Shown piece after piece: positions 63,501-64,000 of a stretch of DNA of 64,000 nucleotides (positions are counted from its first letter, which is position 1; each line of letters begins with the position of its first letter). The DNA comes from Leucoraja erinacea (lineage: Eukaryota). The DNA lies in contig NC_073407.1 of the NCBI RefSeq assembly GCF_028641065.1, positions 7,192,001 to 7,256,000 on the forward strand, in the 5' to 3' direction. Both the position numbers and the translations under genes were made by a program. The notes under the pieces are model-generated. The model saw nothing but the letters and a program-made list of their open reading frames with translations. It searched no databases and was not told the origin of the DNA.

Positions 63501-64000
63501 GGTGTTCTTTCGAGGATAGCAATTTTGTAGGTCTCATTTCCCCACTCTTTCCTCCGGGACCTGTAAATCCTCTCTCATATGCCTACTAATTCCATTTTGA
63601 GGCACTGATTGAATTTTGATTCCACCTCAACAGTAATTAATAGTCACACAATCTAATATCCCCCCCCCGCTTAAAGTTGACCAATCCAAAAGCAGATATT
63701 TTGGCTCTAACCAGTGATTATGTTCCTTCATTAACCTCCTTGACGGGAGGTTTAAATCTGTGATATACAGCTTTACATTATTGGACTTTAATAGTCTGTG
63801 TAACAGAGCACTGTGACTCACCAACTGAGCCCTGCCGTTTCCCCAGCTGAAACCTAGACTAAAAGATTTCTCGCCAGCAATTTCAAATGCATTCTATCTT
63901 CTCAGCACCTTAAATTATTCCAAAAAAAAAAAATCACAGACTGCATCCTCTCGATGTTGCAAAGTTATAGTGCAGAAGCACACTTTCTTTTCTCACGCAA

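Overview
Eukaryotic (vertebrate) genomic DNA, most likely a cartilaginous fish such as a skate or ray; this is inferred from HE1/V-SINE, CR1, Rex1/Babar and Penelope repeat content. Three spliced protein-coding genes were reconstructed exon by exon. HSPA5/BiP is on the + strand (652 aa, KDEL end, ERSE/TATA promoter). RABEPK is on the - strand (378 aa, kelch repeats). PPP6C is on the + strand (305 aa) and lies head-to-head with RABEPK on a shared CpG island, the same order and orientation as in human. The rest is dense, often nested mobile DNA: CR1, Rex1/Babar, RTE and Tx1/L1 LINEs, Penelope fragments, two non-autonomous Helitrons, Tc1 copies, several MITE-like DNA elements and SINEs, plus a 522-N assembly gap. 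The most unusual signals are (i) a very abundant Penelope-derived terminal repeat carrying a minimal hammerhead-ribozyme core, (ii) a TSD-bounded insertion that joins this repeat to a perfect 175-bp inverted copy of adjacent host DNA, suggesting fold-back templated insertion, (iii) an HSPA5 intron absent from the human gene, and (iv) a non-coding retroposon family that seems to borrow Rex1/Babar ends. All calls were made by eye, and no searches were run.
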